Below, one piece after another: positions 37,757 through 50,150 of a stretch of 64,000 bases of DNA (position 1 is its first letter; every line of letters starts with the position of its first letter). This DNA is from Macrostomum lignano (Eukaryota): positions 110,620-174,619 of the forward strand of contig NIVC01002429.1 in the NCBI GenBank assembly GCA_002269645.1. Direction: 5' to 3'. The notes under the pieces were generated by a model that had not been told where the DNA came from, did no database searches, and saw only the letters and a list, made by a program, of their open reading frames with translations. The translations under genes were made by a program, and so were the position numbers.

Positions 37757-38190
37757 GGCAGTATTGTATTGTAGTTGCAAGCCGTGCACTATCTCTCCAT
37801 TACATGTAGTTTGCTCGATTTTTGTTTAGAGTTCCAGAGCACCTGGCTGAAGCTGGCGAAACAGCTGAGCATACCTCACCAGTCTGCCAGGAACGTGATC
37901 GTTAAGTTTGAGCAAACTGGTCGTTGCCGAGGCTTCAAGGAGAGGAGGCCGGTATAAACGTTATACCGGGCACAACGTTCGACCTACTATCATTTTTGAG
38001 TTGCATGAAGCTGGCTTTGCTTCGTTTAATCATTTTGCACGCTGATTGCAAGTTGTCTAAGGCAAAGATTCTCATTATCTTGTCTCACTTGTTGGCTAGA
38101 CCATATTACAATGCCATAGACACTCGTGCGCGTACTCGGGCAGTATTGTAGTTGCAAGCCGTGCACTATCGCTCCATTACATGTAGTTTG
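37757..38190 (+). mobile_element. Tc1-like transposase HTH remnant between ~55-bp direct repeats
   Basis: KLAKQLSIPHQSARNVIVKFEQTG; GGGCAGTATTGTAGTTGCAAGCCGTGCACTATC.CTCCATTACATGTAGTTTGCT near 37757 and 38138. Confidence 0.5.
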
Positions 38191-38596
38191 CTACGGAATA
38201 CTTTAAGACACTCAATTGTCCGAGCGTATAGTTAGTGCGGACAATTGAGATTGACTCGATTTCCCAGTCTCCAGTTAGAGAACTTTTTTCTTAGAAAGTT
38301 GACTAGAAGATCTTCGGTTAACCGGTACTTCATCACTTATTGAAATTTAATTAAACTAGAAATTAAATGTTTAAACGAATTACAAATCTGCTTTTTAATT
38401 AGAATTTCACAGAAGTCGCATCAGGTAAGCAGAGCTTTCATGCTTTCTATTTGATTCAGTTTTTGTACAAACATTCTGCAGATAACTGCAAACAGCAAGT
38501 TGATGCAAATAGAATAGAAAGAGCATTATAAAATACAGAAAACTAAATGCTATACTTGGAGTATTTTAAGCATTCTCAAAACTTCGTCCACTGGCA

Positions 38597-38735
38597 GATA
38601 GATTAGCAATCCACAGTTGCACACAGATTAGCAATCCACAGTTGCACACAGATTAGCAATCCACAGTTGCACACAGATTAGCAATCCACAGTTGCACACA
38701 GATTAGCAATCCACAGTCGCACACAGATTAGCAGT
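38597..38735. repeat. 25-bp minisatellite, ~5 copies
   Basis: GATTAGCAATCCACAGTTGCACACA. Confidence 0.92.
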
Positions 38736-38746
38736 CCCGCAGCCAG

Positions 38747-40953
38747 TCAGCCGGACACCGGAGGCCGATACTCGCACACGTCATCCATGGCCAGCTTGAC
38801 GATGTCGCCGGAGTCGCGCAGCCGCACCCGGACGAGGCCCCGGCGGCGAAGGCCGTCGTCGCGGTCCGCATCGTCGGCGGTGCGGCCAAGCTTGCCGGCC
38901 AAGGTGCCGCGCACCACCACAACGCGCACATCTCGCCGACGGGGCACCGCAGTCTCCAGTTCGCCGACTGACATTTCAACAGCTGGCCCGGCGTCGTTGT
39001 CGCCACCGTCGACGCATCGACCAGCGGCGCCGTCGCGCAGTTCGTCGAGCACGCGCAGCCGACGGCCGTAGAGCCGGTGGCCGGTGGCGCAGACTTTCAC
39101 CAGGCAGCCGGCCCGCAGCCAGCCACGCCGCGACTGCTCGGCTCTGTACTGGTTGACCCTGGCCGCGTTCATCACCCGGCTGTCCTTGTCGAACTGTCTC
39201 TGGCCGATGAGTTCCAGCGCGGCCAGCGGGTAGGACTTGACCCGGCCGGACAGCTGCGCCACGGCCACCAGCCAGCGGCTCGCGTCCGAGTCGGCCGAGA
39301 CCAGCGTGCCGCAGTGGCCGGCGTCTCTGCCAGCCGTGACTCGGCACCGGGTGCCCGGCTTCCACTGCAGATCGGCGGCGGCGGCATCGTCGGCGCCGGC
39401 TGATGACGCCAGGGCAGCCGCCTGGCGCCTGTGAGAGTGAATGAGAGAGCCGGATGTTAGCTGTGCGCCAGGGGTGACAATCTAGCGCCTATTTAGCGCC
39501 ACAGGTGAGATTCTAGCGCCATATTTAGCGCCACAGGTGAGATTCTAGCGCCATATTTAGCGCCAGAGGTGAAATTCTAGCGCCATATTTAGCGCCAGAG
39601 GTGAAATTCTAGCGCCATATTTAGCGCCGCAGGTGAGATTCTAGCGCCATATTTAGCGCCGCAAGTGAGAAAATTTTCAAGGAACTTGACACTATTAATA
39701 ATTGATTTCACCTGCCCTAATTGGGCCAGATGTGCAACCGACAGCTCAGCGGCAGCTATTGCGCGGCGCATCTGAAGGCTGCGTACGGCTGTTCAGTCCA
39801 AGGACTGGGGGGTCACCACACACACCCTTAATTACCCCAGCTACTGCTGGCACCCATTTACAGCTGGGTGAACTGAAGCAATGCAGAGTTAAGTATCAAG
39901 TGCTCAAGGATACAACATTTTTTCCAGTGGGATCGGGAATCGAACCCCCGACCTTAAGTCATGAGTTCGACGCTCTTACCACTAGGCTACAACCCTAGGC
40001 TGACACTACTAGTATCAGAAAGTGGCTACTCAAATCTACATCTTAGCATTTAATCCAAAAGACAGTCTGTGCCTTGGCGGGCTGGCCCTCACGGCTGGGG
40101 GGGGGGGGCAACCCCCCAGGGAAATTTTCGTGCACACAAGCGCGGCCGGGAATCGAACTCGGGAGACGCGTTAACCACCGAGCTGCTCTGCACCCAGCCG
40201 AAATTTGGGCGGCCTTCTATACAAATTCAAGCAAAACTTCGAGAGCTCAACCTACCCGCTAGCATCCGCCGAGTCGGCTCCCAGTCCCAGGCCGCGCGGC
40301 CGCAGCCGCACCTCGCGCTGGCTGGCCTCCTTGGCCAGATCCTCGGCGGTGCCTTTGAACCCCATGCCGCGCAGGGCCGCCAAGCCGAACGATTCCACAG
40401 CCACGGCGTTGTAGTCGGCGTCCTCCGGCTCTGCTTCAGCATCTTCTTCCCCTCTGGCCTGGTGGTCATTGTTCGAATCCTGCTGCTGATTGGTTTGCAG
40501 CGGCACCTCATCGACTGTTGAATTAGTTGACGAAGCGCCGATGGTGCCGCTTCCATTCTGGCACTCGGCCAAGATGGCCAGCACAGCCGGGCTTGCCTTG
40601 GTCAGCTGGTCCGCCTCCGACGCCTCCGCTGCCGCTGCAGCTTCAATCCGGCGCCTCTTTGCCGCCGCGGCCCAGTCCCGCTTGTCAGCCAGCAGGGGCA
40701 CCACAGGCTCGGAGTCCAGGTCTGCGGCCGAGCCCGACGCCGCCTGACCATCCAGCCGTTCAACTTGGTCACCCTCGATGGCGGTGATGAGCTCGGCCAC
40801 TGGCTGATTGGGCTGCTGGCGCCGGTTTTGCTCCTCAGTGACAAGAACCTCGGCAGCGGCTGCACCAGCCAGTCGGCCAGTTTTGGTTCTCTTGAAGCCA
40901 AATGCTACTTTGGTGGTGCTGGCGCCTGGCTGCTCAACAGGCTCCACTGACAT
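38747..40953 (-). CDS. GPKOW: G-patch domain and KOW motifs-containing protein (Spp2/MOS2-like), 459 aa, 2 exons
   Basis: Exons 40953-40256 (GG|gtaggt) and 39428-38747 (tcacag|G), phase 2, 1380 nt. N-terminal VAFGFKR, G-patch DYNAVAVESFGLAALRGMGF...RPRGLGLGA, KOW-like segments, LETAVP motif and C-terminal DDVCEY. Confidence 0.92.
39470..39670. repeat. 32-bp minisatellite in the GPKOW intron
   Basis: TCTAGCGCCATATTTAGCGCCACAGGTGAGAT, about 6 copies. Confidence 0.9.
39715..39997 (-). mobile_element. tRNA-derived SINE, family A, copy 1
   Basis: tRNA-like head with A box and B box (GGTTCGATTCCC), followed by a body nearly identical to 57345-57610. Confidence 0.85.
40060..40200 (-). mobile_element. 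tRNA-derived SINE, family B, partial copy
   Basis: GCAGAGCAGCT, GTTCGATTCC, GCACGAAAATT and GGCACAGA blocks are shared with 61665-61860. Confidence 0.6.
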
Positions 40954-42449
40954 TGTTGCTGCAGATTGTCTCTGTTGCCAATGAGTAACTTACTGTTGCT
41001 TTCTGCTCTTGCAGTTTGCCTCTGAAGGCTTTGTTTAAGAAAAAATATTAAAATAGCCATTTGGGGCTAGATTAGAAACTTAGCTTAGGTTTATTTATAA
41101 TTAGTACCCTTAAAGGGCCAACCCCCCCAAGGCATAGTGAAGTGTATATGCCTAACAAGGAATAAAATTAGGTCTACTATATATTTCTTAGTAGCTATAT
41201 GCCTGTGTATGACTATATACATAGATATCTGCTCAAAAATGGCAATACCTCATGCTAATTATGGACAATGTTATTTAAAGTATAATAAGATGCATATAGC
41301 CTTTGACTAATCAAAATGATATATTGTTAATAGTTTACTATATAATCAACTAATATAACTTTGACTTTCTATTCTAGACCAAGCCATATAGCATATCCCA
41401 AGGCTTATTTATATTATCCTCAAATTATTGAGGTCTATCTACACCTTTTTGCATTCAATTTCAACCAAAATTGCATTCAATTTCAGCAAGCTGGCATTTA
41501 AAATTGGCAATCTAAATTTAGCCAACCAAATCTTAATTCAGTTTAAGCATGCTTGCATTCCATTTCAGCAATCTGCATTCAATTTCAGCAATCTGCATTC
41601 AATTTCAGCAATCTGCATTCAATTTAAATTTGCATTAAAAAAAGCCGAGACCCTGGAATCTACCATAGTCGTCAATTTTTGCCAATTTTAGCATCAATTA
41701 TAATCGTTGATTGGCTTGTGATTCAGGGTTGGTTTTCGCTATTCTGTATTGGCTGATTGTTAGGTCATTCATACTCTGTCTATGGTAGTCCCCCGTTTAT
41801 ATTTAACTCACTGGTATCGAAATAGAAAGCGTGGGGGGGTAGCCTACTAACTGTCTAACTGATGATAAAAACGGCGCACGCGAGCAACAATCGAAGGTAG
41901 AATGCTAACTCTTCAATTTATGGTTAGCTAGCTAAGCTAAATTAGCTATTCTCCTGCTTGCAAGTTTTGATCATTTCGCGCATTTCACCCAGTCTCCGCT
42001 TCGTTTGATTGTTTCTACGTTTAATATTATAGTTCGAATTAGTTATGAGTATTGGTGATTTATCTGTTTAAAATCTGGAATCCTGGATTATGATAAACTG
42101 TGATTGATCTTGTGATTGAACTGGAATATAGTGCGCCGTGTTGATTTATACTTGATTGATTGACGCGTATTGGATTCATTCATCTGTTTATTGAAATATT
42201 TAAAATTGGCGCGTTCACATTTTCTTCTTCATTCTATGTCCATTTCAACTTTCAAATCCAACGCCTAATTAAATTCTTCAGTCTTTTTCTTTCCCCTGTA
42301 CTTTCAAACCACCCACCAAACCTCAACTCCGCGGTCGCTTACCCCCCTCCACCGCTCACCACTCTGCCCCCAAAAGCTCCCACCCCCCATCCTCTCGCCC
42401 GCCTGGCCCCACCGCCCAACACTGTACTTTCATTGATCGATCGAAACCA

Positions 42450-43815
42450 CTGTGACAGTGGTGACTAGTGATGTGACATTATGTGCTGGTGAAGTGACCA
42501 TGTTGACTGGTGATGTGACTCTGTTGACTGGTGATGTGACCTTATGGGCTGGTGATGTGCCCATAGTGACTGGTGATGTGACCTTATGGGCTGGTCATGT
42601 GCCCATAGTGACTGGTGATGTGCCCATAGTGACTGGTGATGTGACCTTGTTGACTGATGTGACCTTATGGGCTGATGTGCCCATAGTGACTGGTGATGTG
42701 ACCTTATAAGCTGGTGATGTGCCCATAGTGACTGGTGATGTGACCTTGTTGACTGGTGATGTGCCCATAGTGACTGGTGATGTGACCTTGTTGACTGGTG
42801 ATGTGACCATGTTGACTGGTGATGTGACCATGTTGACTGGTGATGTGACCATGTTGACTGGTGATGTGACCATGTTGACTGGTGATGTGACCATGTTGAC
42901 TGGTGATGTGACCATGTTGACTTGTGATGTGACCATGTTGACTGTTGATGTGACCATGTTGACTGGTGATGTGACCATGTTGACTGGTGATGTGACCATG
43001 TTGACTGGTGATGTGACCATGTTGACCGGTGATGTGACCTTATGGGCTGGTGATGTGACAATGTTGACTGGTGATGTGACCATGTTGACTGGTGATGTGA
43101 CCTTGTTGACTGGTGATGCGACCTTGTTGACTGGTGATGTGACCATGTTGACTGGTGATGTGACCATGTTGACTTGTGATGTGACCATGTTGACTGTTGA
43201 TGTGACCATGTTGACTGTTGATGTGACCATGTTGACTGGTGATGTGACCATGTTGACTGGTGATGTGACCATGTTGACCGGTGATGTGACCTTATGGGCT
43301 GGTGATGTGACAATGTTGACTGGTGATGTGACCATGTTGACTGGTGATGTGACCTTGTTGACTGGTGATGCGACCTTGTTGACTGGTGATGTGACCATGT
43401 TGACTGTTGATGTGACCATGTTGACTGGTGATGTGACCATGTTGACTGGTGATGTGACCATGTTGACTGGTGATGTGACCATGTTGACTGTTGATGTGAC
43501 CATGTTAAATGTTGATGTGACCATGTTGACTGTTGATGTGACCATGTTGACTGGTGATGTGACCATGTTGACTGGTGATGTGACCATGTTGACTGGTGAT
43601 GTGACCATGTTGACTGTTGATGTGACCATGTTAAATGTTGATGTGACCATGTTGACTGTTGATGTGACCATGTTGACTGTTGATGTGACCATGTTGACTG
43701 GTGATGTGACCATGTTGACTGTTGATGTGACCATGTTGACTGGTGATGTGACCATGTTGACCGGTGATGTGACCTTATGGGCTGGTGATGTGACCTTGTG
43801 GACTGGTGATGTGAC
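42450..43815. repeat. 21-bp satellite, ~1.4 kb
   Basis: GTGACCATGTTGACTGGTGAT; source of the VTMLTGD, VNMVTSP and STWSHHQ ORFs. Confidence 0.95.
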
Positions 43816-44111
43816 CATCATGACTGAATTAAGCGCAGCAGTCCCCCAGAATTAAAGATAGTGTAGGGTGAGAGAGGATGGTGAATTGGTGGTGAGGAGA
43901 GGGAGTAAAGGGAGTGGGTTGAGTGTATTATGGATCAAACAATGGTTATGTATTGGAGTTTATATAACATGCACAATGTCCTACTTTGTGTTGTACAGTT
44001 GAGTACTGTATTGATTATTCATTCCATCTATCCATCCATCCATCCATCCAACTCAACAGAGTGTGTGTACGCGAGTGCATGCGTGCGTGCGTAAGGCTTT
44101 AAATAACGATT

Positions 44112-44292
44112 GTTACTATTTATGGAAAATGTACTAAAAATAGATGCATATTTGTCCTTAAAGATATAAGACATTGACGATTCTAACTTGTGTAAATGTA
44201 TCAACCAAGCAGTCAATGAGTCATCTATATCTCTAGGGACGAATATCTCTAGGGATGCATCTATTTTTAGTACATTTGCCATAAATAGTAAC
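44112..44292. repeat. Imperfect fold-back (MITE-like) element
   Basis: GTTACTATTTATGGAAAATGTACTAAAAATAGATGCAT and its reverse complement about 180 bp apart. Confidence 0.7.
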
Positions 44293-44926
44293 ATTATATT
44301 AAATTTGCGGCAACACTATTTGAACCGTGTTTAAGATAGTCTATGGTTATAACCACTTGACTGACTGATGCTGTGGCATTGATTTCTTACCTCTACCCCC
44401 ATATACTAGGCATATAGATAGATAGATAGATAGAGAATTGGCGGAGGCTGGCACAGTATAGCCCAATCAAACTTTTTAGCCAGCCAGCCAGCCAGCCAGC
44501 CATACAAGTATAGCCAACTCAATTCAGTCAGTTTGCGTGCGTGCGTGCATGCGTGCAACCTGACCAGATTTGACCTGACATGATCTGACTTAACCTTGTA
44601 ATTTATAGATTGCTTCTGTATAGTTACGATTATGCCAACAACCTTAATACCAACAACATTTACATCTTGAACCATATTATCCCACTATCCGTACCACATA
44701 GCCGTACCCAGCCTTTTTAATTCTGGGGGACCACTGCACTGACCAAGAAATGTGAAATTTCTCTAAGTGTCAAAATAAAGTTGACTTAGAAAATTTTTCG
44801 CACATCAAAAAATTTTTATTTTCCATTTTGTCTAATGAACCATATGCTGCTGTTTTGGATAACTTATCTGGGGAAATGCATGTTGCTGTCTGAGAGTAGC
44901 TTATCTGAGAGTAGCCAGCCATAACA

Positions 44927-45391
44927 CTAACCCTAACCCTAATTGACACCAGCCCTAACCCTAACTTAACCCTAACCCTAATTGACAACAGCCCTAACCC
45001 TAACTTAACCCTAACCCTAATTGATGCTAGACCTAACCCTAACTTAACCCTAACCCTAATTGATGCCAGCCCTAACCCTAACCCTAATTGACACCAGCCT
45101 TAACCTAACTTAACCCTAACCCTAATTGATGTTAGATCTAATCCTAACTTAACCCTAACCCTAATTGATGCCAGCCCTGAAACTAAATTAACCCTAACCC
45201 TAATTGACACTAGCCCTAACCCTAATTGACACCAGCCCTAACGCTAACCTAACCCTAACCCTAATTGTTGCTAGCCCTAACCCAAACCTAACCCTAATTG
45301 ATGCCAGCCCTAACCTTAACTTAACCCTAATTGACGCCAGACCTAACCCTAACTTAACCCTAACCCTAATTGATGCTAGACCTAACCCTAA
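44927..45391. repeat. Interstitial telomere-like satellite built from CCCTAA
   Basis: (CCCTAA)n runs interrupted by recurring CTTAA and TTGA(C/T)(A/G)C(C/T)AG spacers. Confidence 0.88.
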
Positions 45392-48300
45392 TGGTGACAA
45401 GAGCACAACACGTCCCCCAGAATAAAATTTGTTTGTTTTATGTGTCAGGGTTAGGGTGGGATGGGTGGGGGAAGAGGGTAGAGAATGAATGAATTATTGT
45501 AGTTCAGGTAGGGATTAATGTTTAATATGGTTTGATATAAATTTAACAGAATTATATAATTTTGCCTATATTTACACAAGTACTTCTATCAATAGTAGAC
45601 ATTGTATATTTTATTGTATGTATGTATATATGTATCTATGCTGGTTGGCTTGTTGTTCCAAATGACATCATCATCATCACCATCATCATCTTTGCCCGCA
45701 TACATATGTAACCTCCAAAATTCAGTTGGCTATACGACTTAGTTTAAACAAAAATGCATATTCGTCCCTAAAGATATAGAGCTACACTCGCGTTTCTCTA
45801 CTATTAGTCTGTGTCAAACACATGGTATATACATATCTAATACTAGGCAATAGATTCTCTTTAGCTTTATAAAAACTATAATTTAGCTTCATTTAATAGC
45901 AAATAGCAATATAAATACCCCAAGAATAATTTTTTTGCAATCAAATTTTAAGTAAAAATGGTTTGTCTCTATGCCTTATAGCTATGTCTACTATTACTAT
46001 ATATGATAAATTTTAGAAAAATCAAATGCTACAACCTTATATTAAACTATATTTAATAAACTAGTTTATTAAACTAGTTTCAAGACTAAATTACATTTTA
46101 TTTAATATTAGACTTAGCTAAGAAACGTAGCTATTTTAAAAAAAAACTATTTTAAAATTTATAAACTAGAAATTATTATTAAATTATTATCATTTAAAAA
46201 TATACTAATTTATACTCAATCATTGTATGATAACAAACAATTATATTTTTATAGTATAACAGATTTATTTTTTCAAAACTAAAATAGATACTAAACTAGG
46301 CCTAAAGACTAAGTTAGATTATCTAGTAGATAAATAGAAGATAGTCATAGGCCTACTATAGTAGTCATATCATAGATAATGTCAACTAGGTTATATATAA
46401 ATGCATTTATATTTTTAATAAGAATAAGATTGTAGGATAAGATCCTAATCTGAATTCTAAAAACCTATGCCTAGGGGTCTAATAGGCTTTTTACAAAGAT
46501 TGGTTCCAGAACCAGTGTGACAGTAACAGTGTGAATAGGCCTAATTCCAATTCTAGAACCAAAATTAGTATAGTAGGAAAATGAAAGAAAAGCTTCAAAC
46601 CAATTTTATGTTTGTCAGTCTTATCAATATTAAAAAATGTACAATTTTAAATGCCTTTAAATGCCAAATTATTTTACTGGTAAAGTGTTAAACATGATGA
46701 ATCAAGAAATTTTTTATCCAAATTCCAGAACCAGAACACAGTTCTAGAATTGATTCTGAAAACGTAACAGGCAATATGAAAAGCGCCAAATTCTGGCTCT
46801 GAAATTGGTAAAATGAAAAGCCTTTAAGAGTTAATCTTAAAAAATTGGATCCCCTAATAATTCTTAGGGCCTAAATAATTGTCTAATCAATAGTAGGCCC
46901 CTAGGCCCTAGGGCTCAAGGGCCTACAATCTCCTAATTCTCACCATTTGGCATAGGCATAAAATAACCTGGTTGTTGTACATACAGTGATACAATATGTA
47001 GGGTGTAGAGTAACTTTATTCTAACACGTCTAATGTCAATGTGTGCTCGGATGCCATAGAGCTTTATTTAGTTCAATTCAAGTTTTTTGCGCCGATATAA
47101 GTTTCCCGCCTAAAATGCTGTATGAGTCAGTCTTTTGTCATTGACAGTATTGCCAGTTTTTGGTTTTTTTGAAAAAATTCTTTAATAAAATTTAAGTATG
47201 AAAACTATTAATGACTAAACATTATGTTTTACTCTTAACCGTATACAAAAGTTTGTTTTTGTGGGGCTTTTTGATTTCGTGCCGTACGTAGTAACTTTCA
47301 CAGAAAACAATTGTAATGGATTACCAACTTTTACTAGAGTAATAGTAAAACTAAAGGCTAATCACGAAAGGTATTTTTTGTGTCGTTCGGCGCACAGGAA
47401 CATGCACGTGGTAGACGTCAGGAAGGCTGTATTTACTAGTAGACCATCATCTGAGGACCTGAGGTTACAGTTAGTTTCGACACTACCTACCACTAGTGAC
47501 TAGTCTAGAGAGTAGACTAAGACTGTAGACGTAGACTCTAGATTCTAGTTACTAGTATGATATTATTAACTGGGCCCTGTAAAACCTAGCTCGCCTTACT
47601 AGCTGCTTTACTTGCCACAGGCAGGGACCCCTATCCATATAGTTATTTCTTGGTGTTTGCATTTATTAAATTATATAGGCATAGGCCTAGGGGCTAGGCC
47701 TAGTGGCATAGGCCTAGGGGCTAGGCCTAGTCTTCTTAGTCTACACATTTTGAAATACACAGGCCTAGACCATCATATTTTTGTCAACTTTTATAACTTT
47801 GTAGATAATCTTTCCTTGTATGTATTAAGTTTAATAAAGAAATACATATGCCATTCATTGTTAGGCACCATTATTAAAAATCTTCAATTAATGGGAAGTG
47901 TTAATGTTAAAACAAAAAATCTTAGATTAAGACCTTAGTTAGGGCCTAGGCTAACTTATTAACTTTTAATTTCATTAAGTTGATTGAAATTTTATTAATA
48001 ATTGGTAACAAGGATTAAGCTATTAATGTGTTTGTTAAAATAGGAAATACTAGTTTTTTTACTTTTTTCCAAAATAGACTTTATATATCATATATTATTT
48101 TTGTCTTTCTTTCTTTCTTTTTAGTCAAAACAGAAAGGTTATCCAAGCAATTTACAAGCTAAAAAAACCAATATTAGTAATACTAACTCAAAATTTATAT
48201 TGTATATAAAATACTAAATAAAGTAATTATAAACTAAAAGAAAGAACTAACTTATTAAAAACTTAAAACTAGGCCTAATAACATAATAAAATATATAAAT

Positions 48301-48414
48301 AAGATTACATTTTTTATAATGAATAGAATATTAGAAATAAAGTTGTTTCAATCAAATTATTATGTTATAGAATATAATATAAGATTAAAAAAAGAGAAAT
48401 CATAATGTTATTTA

Positions 48415-49241
48415 CGAGGGGTGTCCCAAAAGTTCCCGGAATGTCTAACGTAGCTCTTCAACAGAGCCATGAAATTTCATGCCCATGGTGTCAAATGAAA
48501 GGAAATTTTGTCACAAAGAATACAAAGTTAAAATCATGTTGATATCTTTTTTTATTCAAGAGCTACAGCAAGAAACTTGCGCAAAGGTCAGGGGTAGTGT
48601 TACACAACCTCAACAATCTATGGCAATAATTTTTTCATCTCCATTTTTGGAGTTTTTCATTTTGAATTCATTCACAGCAGACTGGCCATCTCTAAAGCGT
48701 TCGATCCATCCGTAAATTGCAGTTTTTTCAGGCTGTTCTCACCGTGGATTGAGAATAAGTGGTCAGAAATCTTGGCTCCACTCCATCCTACTGACCAAAG
48801 GGCAAAAACTTGACTTTGCTGACTTTCAAGGCTCTGAAGAGAACTCATTTTCGCAAAGAAATTTCAATTTGAAAGCAAGTGCTTGGTACGAATTATCTGC
48901 ACTCGCGCAAAAGCTCAGATTAGCTTTATGAGCATTTCTGCTTTTTCCATAGACACTACCACGTCTTTCTAACACGTCAGTAGCACGAATTCAAAATGAA
49001 AAACTCCAAAAATGGAGATGAAAAAATTATTGCCATAGATTGTTGAGGTTGTGTAACACTACCCCTGACCTTTGCGCAAGTTTCTTGCTGTAGCTCTTGA
49101 ATAAAAAAAGATATCAACATGATTTTAACTTTGTATTCTTTGTCACAAAATTTCCTTTCATTTGACACCATGGGCATGAAATTTCATGGCTCTGTTGAAG
49201 AGCTACATTAGACATTCTGGGAACTTTTGGGACACCCCTCG
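48415..49241 (-). mobile_element. Non-autonomous mariner-derived element, 827 bp, 255-bp inverted arms, TA TSD
   Basis: TA|CGAGGGGTGTCCCAAAAG ends; arms 48415-48669 and 48987-49241; the internal minus-strand remnant ...GAKISDHLFSIHGENSLK/TAIYGWIERFRDG resembles the mariner N-terminal HTH. Confidence 0.88.
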
Positions 49242-49651
49242 TATATGCCAGCAATAAAAGGATTAAATAAATAGAAACAATTATAATACCAAACTTAAAT
49301 AAGTAATTTTAATTTTTTTAGCTAAAAAATAAAGAGATCTCCCAATTTGTTTTAAATCTTAGAAATACTTAGAAATTTGCAAAAATAGAAATATCACTTA
49401 GCTATGTTTTAATTTTCTATATTATTAATCAATGCAAAATATTTTTTGATTTTTGTATAATAATTCAATAATGGCTTAAAAACTATGTTAGGTCCTAAGT
49501 ATTTAAATCTCTATTTAATGTGTCTTATCAACTATATGTGCATATCAACTATAATAGTTTATGAATATTTTATACTTTATTTGGTAGTAAGAAATGATTT
49601 TAAGATTCCTAAAAATATATTTCAATTATCTTCTTAGTCTCATGCTTGGGC

Positions 49652-49836
49652 GCAACCTTGGGATTCACCCAGCCATTTCTATTGGCAACACACACATGTA
49701 AGTTGCTATTGGCTGAGAGCATGCACACCCTTTGTTCTAAAAATATAAAATGACAAAGTGTACATCGAGTGTTCTAAAAATAGAATATGCCCGTGTGTGT
49801 TGCCAATAGAAACAGCCGAGTGAATCCCAAGGTTGC
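49652..49836. repeat. Small fold-back (MITE-like) element with ~45-bp imperfect inverted ends
   Basis: GCAACCTTGGGATTCAC...TTTCTATTGGCAACACACAC versus GTGTGTGTTGCCAATAGAAA...GTGAATCCCAAGGTTGC. Confidence 0.75.
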
Positions 49837-50150
49837 ACACTTATGCTTAGTCTTAGATAAAATAAAGGTGAAAACTTAAATGTAGTTTCTTATATACCTA
49901 AATGAAAAGCACTTATTTATTTACTTCATACATGTAGCTAAATTGCTAGGATCTAATGTTAATTTACTAGTTAAGAGTTGCTAATTAGAATTCAAATTAT
50001 AAACTTTGTTTTCATCTATCAATTTTGAACTGCACCTCCTTTGCATGGTTTAGCCTTTGAGTTCTATCAACATGTTTGCTGGTCACTGGCCTTCTTGTGT
50101 CTGGTTTATAGCATTGAACTCCTTTTATACTGACTTTTCAAATCCCACAG

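Noticed and set aside
39925-39997. tRNA gene (also 57345-57415)
   Set aside because: Acceptor stem is poor and both heads are followed by the same ~200-bp body, so they are SINE heads.
42465-43855. 378-408-aa VTMLTGD and VNMVTSP repeat ORFs resembling antifreeze or ice-binding repeats
   Set aside because: The 21-bp satellite is open in several frames on both strands and has no signal peptide or flanking unique coding sequence.
45800-48400. AT-rich tract enriched in CTAG and TAGGCCTA mini-palindromes
   Set aside because: Noticeable bias, but no defined unit, termini or coding signal could be established by eye.
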